Shown: positions 61,295-64,000 of the stretch, piece after piece
Layout: every line of letters begins with the position of its first letter
Numbering within the stretch: the first letter of the stretch is position 1
Assembly (NCBI GenBank): GCA_026415775.1
Contig: JAOAGL010000001.1
Location: forward strand, 414,831 to 478,830
Direction: 5' to 3'
DNA from: Patescibacteria group bacterium
GTDB taxonomy: Bacteria; Patescibacteriota; Minisyncoccia; UBA6257; JAAZHW01
Length of the DNA stretch: 64,000 nucleotides
Position numbers and translations under genes: made by a program
Notes under the pieces: generated by a model
What the model was told of the DNA's origin: nothing
The model's database searches: none
The model's input: the letters and a program-made list of their open reading frames with translations, nothing else

Positions 61295-61843
61295 TTAATT
61301 ACTTACTTTTTTAAAAATTTTGACTTTTGCCGGTCTAATTAATTTGCCGTTCAACTTATAGCCCTTAATAATTTCCTCTGCTATTTTGCCATCCTCCTCT
61401 CCATTCACTATCTCCATTGCCTCGTGAATGGTCGGATTAAAATCATCGCCAGGTTTAACAGAAATTTGTTCTAATCCTTTAAGTTTCAGAATGTTTAATA
61501 ATTGTGCCTGAATCAGTTCTAATCCGCGAACAATTTTTTGCTCATTTTCGGTTAGACCTTCAATATTTAATGAATTAATGGAGATATCAAAACTATCTAA
61601 AACATTTAACAACTCAATTATTAATTCTTCATTGGCGAATCGTACAATTTCCTCCATTTTTTTGTTTATCTCTTTCTGATAATTAAGAAAATTTGCTCTT
61701 TCTCTTTGCCAACCGTTTAAATATTCTTCCTTCAATTTTTCGCATTCTCCTAATTTTTCTTTTATTGATTCTAGCTCTTTTTCCAAATCGGCCTTTTCTG
61801 TTTGTTCAATTTCTTTTTTATTTTTATCTTTTTCTTCTGGCAT
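61295..61843 (-). CDS. grpE: Nucleotide exchange factor GrpE
   Basis: RERANFLNY, FNPTIHEA, KGYKLNGKLIRPAKV. Confidence 0.95.
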   Translation of the reverse strand: MPEEKDKNKKEIEQTEKADLEKELESIKEKLGECEKLKEEYLNGWQRERANFLNYQKEINKKMEEIVRFANEELIIELLNVLDSFDISINSLNIEGLTENEQKIVRGLELIQAQLLNILKLKGLEQISVKPGDDFNPTIHEAMEIVNGEEDGKIAEEIIKGYKLNGKLIRPAKVKIFKKVSN

Positions 61844-61850
61844 ATTTTTA

Positions 61851-62552
61851 TTATTGATTTAAAATTTTATGCGCTGCTTCCAAAATTGAAATATTTCGAC
61901 GACAAATCATATTTTTTGGACCAATTAAAATTAAAAGGTTTTTATGGGTTTTTTGAGGAATGGCATAAGAGACAACACTTAAATGTTTATCTTTGGTAAT
62001 GGGACTTTCATCGCCAATAAAAATTTGCATATCCTCTTGAATCAAATCTCGAACAGATTTTTTTAATCTATCATCTAAATAATCCAGGTCTTCCCATATT
62101 GTTTCCCAACGCATCAATGATAATTCTTTTAATTGTTCAAATAATTTTTTCAAACCAAATTTAAAAATCATTTCTTCTGGTGGTAAATAACCAACCGTTA
62201 AACTCTCGCATAAATTAGCAATTTGCTTCGTCATTTCAAAAAACGGCAAATCATGCAATTTTTCAAGCTTCTTTTCCCAATAAGCCACATCGTTTTCCAA
62301 TAGAAACGGATTGAGAATATTTGTTTCTACAAACCACTGATAAGCTTTATCTGTTGGAATGCGACCAGCCGACCAATAAGGTTGCGCCAAATATTTTTGT
62401 TTGGTTAGAAAATTAAATTCTCTGCGGATTGTTGCCGAACTCAGCTCTTTAAAATATTTCCTTGCAAACCATTTAGAACCAATCGGTTTTCTAAACCGAT
62501 TATATTCTTCAATAATTAAATTTAAAATTTTTTCTTGGCGTTCGGTTAGCAT
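61851..62552 (-). CDS. hrcA: Heat-inducible repressor HrcA (short form)
   Basis: LTERQEKIL, PIGSK, SSATIRRE, SAGRIPTDKAY; CIRCE upstream. Confidence 0.88.
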   Translation of the reverse strand: MLTERQEKILNLIIEEYNRFRKPIGSKWFARKYFKELSSATIRREFNFLTKQKYLAQPYWSAGRIPTDKAYQWFVETNILNPFLLENDVAYWEKKLEKLHDLPFFEMTKQIANLCESLTVGYLPPEEMIFKFGLKKLFEQLKELSLMRWETIWEDLDYLDDRLKKSVRDLIQEDMQIFIGDESPITKDKHLSVVSYAIPQKTHKNLLILIGPKNMICRRNISILEAAHKILNQ

Positions 62553-62574
62553 ATTATAGGTTATTATATATAAA

Positions 62575-62601
62575 TTAGCACTCTCCTGTCAAGAGTGCTA
62601 A
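62575..62601. promoter_or_regulatory. CIRCE operator
   Basis: Perfect TTAGCACTC-N9-GAGTGCTAA upstream of hrcA. Confidence 0.97.
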
Positions 62602-62618
62602 TTTATTAATTTTATATT

Positions 62619-63320
62619 TTATCGCAATTTACATTCTTCAAAAAACTTTTTAATTTTCTCAATTAAAATTTTAATTTCTTCTTCTGAAAAACCTCTGATT
62701 TGAAGCATTTGAGGATTAATTGTTTTTTCAGCTTTAAAATTTTGAAGATAATATCGCTTAGCAGGAGCAATGTTTTTGGCAATTTCGATAATATCATCAA
62801 AAGTATGAATAGTTGGCACAATGGTTGTTCTAAACTCGTAATCAATTCCTGATGCCTTAATTAAATTAATACTCTCTCTAATGGCTTCAAGATTAACTTT
62901 ACAACCTGCCGCCAAATTATATTTTTCTTCTCGTAAAGGAGCTTTAATATCCATTGCTATATAATCAATTAATTTTTTATCAATTATTTTTTTTAATACC
63001 TCCGGCTGACTGCCATTGGTATCAATTTTTATCAAAAAATTCATCTTTTTTATTTTTTTCAGAAATTGTTCTAAATCTGGTTGTATTGTTGGTTCGCCTC
63101 CGCAAATCACCACTCCATCAAGATATCCCCTTTTTTCTTTTAAAAAACTAAAAAACTCTTCCTCTTTAATCCGCGGCTGTTGTTTAATTTTTTCTGGCAA
63201 AACTAATTCTGACGAATAGCAAAAGGGGCAACGAAAATTGCAACCAATCAAAAAAACCGTGGCTGCAATTTTGCCTGGATAATCAATTAATGTTGTTTTT
63301 TGCAATCCTCCAATTTCCAT
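62619..63320 (-). CDS. nrdG: Anaerobic ribonucleotide reductase activating radical SAM protein
   Basis: GCNFRCPFC, GGEPT, KIDTNGS, YEFRTT; follows nrdD. Confidence 0.9.
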   Translation of the reverse strand: MEIGGLQKTTLIDYPGKIAATVFLIGCNFRCPFCYSSELVLPEKIKQQPRIKEEEFFSFLKEKRGYLDGVVICGGEPTIQPDLEQFLKKIKKMNFLIKIDTNGSQPEVLKKIIDKKLIDYIAMDIKAPLREEKYNLAAGCKVNLEAIRESINLIKASGIDYEFRTTIVPTIHTFDDIIEIAKNIAPAKRYYLQNFKAEKTINPQMLQIRGFSEEEIKILIEKIKKFFEECKLR

Positions 63321-63325
63321 TTCAA

Positions 63326-64000
63326 TTATCTCTTTATATGCTCAATTTTTAATTCCGAAAGCTTCACTTTAAACTCTTTTCGCTCTTTAAATTCCTGACG
63401 TTTACCATAATTCCACTGCTGAACAGGCCGCAAATACCCAACCACTCGCGAATAAACTTCACAAGGTTGTTTGATTGTACATAGAGGACAATCGAAATGT
63501 TCTCCAGAAATATAACCATGAACCGGACAAATAGAAAATGTTGGAGTAATAGTAATATAAGGTAATTTAAACTTGGTGAAGACTTTCTTTACCAAAGCCT
63601 TTACCGCATTACCATCTGGTAATCGTTCACCCAAAAAAAGATGCATAACGCTTCCGCCTGTATATTTGCAAGTTAAATCATCTTGTAATTTTAATGCTTC
63701 AAAAATATCGTCAGTATAATTTGCCGGCAATTGAGTTGAATTAGTATAATAAGGAACTTCTTTCGTGCCAGCTGTAATAATATCTGAATATTTTTGTTTG
63801 TCTTTTAAGGCTAACCTGTAAGCGGTTGATTCGGAAGGAGTTTGTTCTAAATTATAAAGATTTCCGGTTTCTTCTTGATATTTAACCAGTCGATCGCGCA
63901 TAAAATCTAAAACCTCCAAAGCAAATTTTTGTCCTTTTTTCGAAGAAATATTTTCACCAATAAAATTTAAAAGAGCTTCATTCATGCCGACAAGTCCAAT
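63326..64000 (-). CDS. nrdD: Class III ribonucleotide reductase, C-terminal part (runs off window end)
   Basis: IGLVGMNEA, PSESTAYRLA, YTGGS, CPVHGY, glycyl-radical motif YSRVVGYLRPV. Confidence 0.92.
   Translation of the reverse strand: MGLVGMNEALLNFIGENISSKKGQKFALEVLDFMRDRLVKYQEETGNLYNLEQTPSESTAYRLALKDKQKYSDIITAGTKEVPYYTNSTQLPANYTDDIFEALKLQDDLTCKYTGGSVMHLFLGERLPDGNAVKALVKKVFTKFKLPYITITPTFSICPVHGYISGEHFDCPLCTIKQPCEVYSRVVGYLRPVQQWNYGKRQEFKERKEFKVKLSELKIEHIKR

Overview
AT-rich bacterial chromosome segment, most consistent with a Patescibacteria/CPR (Parcubacteria-like) genome. This is an inference from the short or leaderless 5' UTRs, a GAD-less AspRS, rplK and rplJL without rplA, and many Pro/Thr-linker surface proteins. 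Core genes: rplL/rplJ with an L10 leader, rpoD-dnaG, alr, dnaE-thrS-miaA, gatB, secE-nusG-rplK, gyrB, aspS, rmuC, hrcA-grpE-dnaK-dnaJ with a CIRCE operator, nrdD/nrdG, tRNA-Val(CAC) and tRNA-Asn(GTT). Main accessory signals: (1) a ~3.07 kb integrase-less island at the 3' end of tRNA-Asn (7-bp core TGCTCCG duplicated, candidate original terminator displaced), whose cargo, a 74-aa protein plus a 785-aa GHKL ATPase, is bracketed by 81-bp inverted repeats (79/81 identical) each with an outer GC hairpin; (2) a c-di-GMP-II riboswitch with a terminator upstream of an orphan multi-TM gene; (3) a ~12 kb surface-fibre-like cluster (giant adhesin with a GC-rich, probably swapped N-terminal module, a WxL-like subunit, a DUF916-like partner, dockerin- and cohesin-like proteins) containing an inverted heptamer array. 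All family assignments come from motif recognition by eye; no searches were run.
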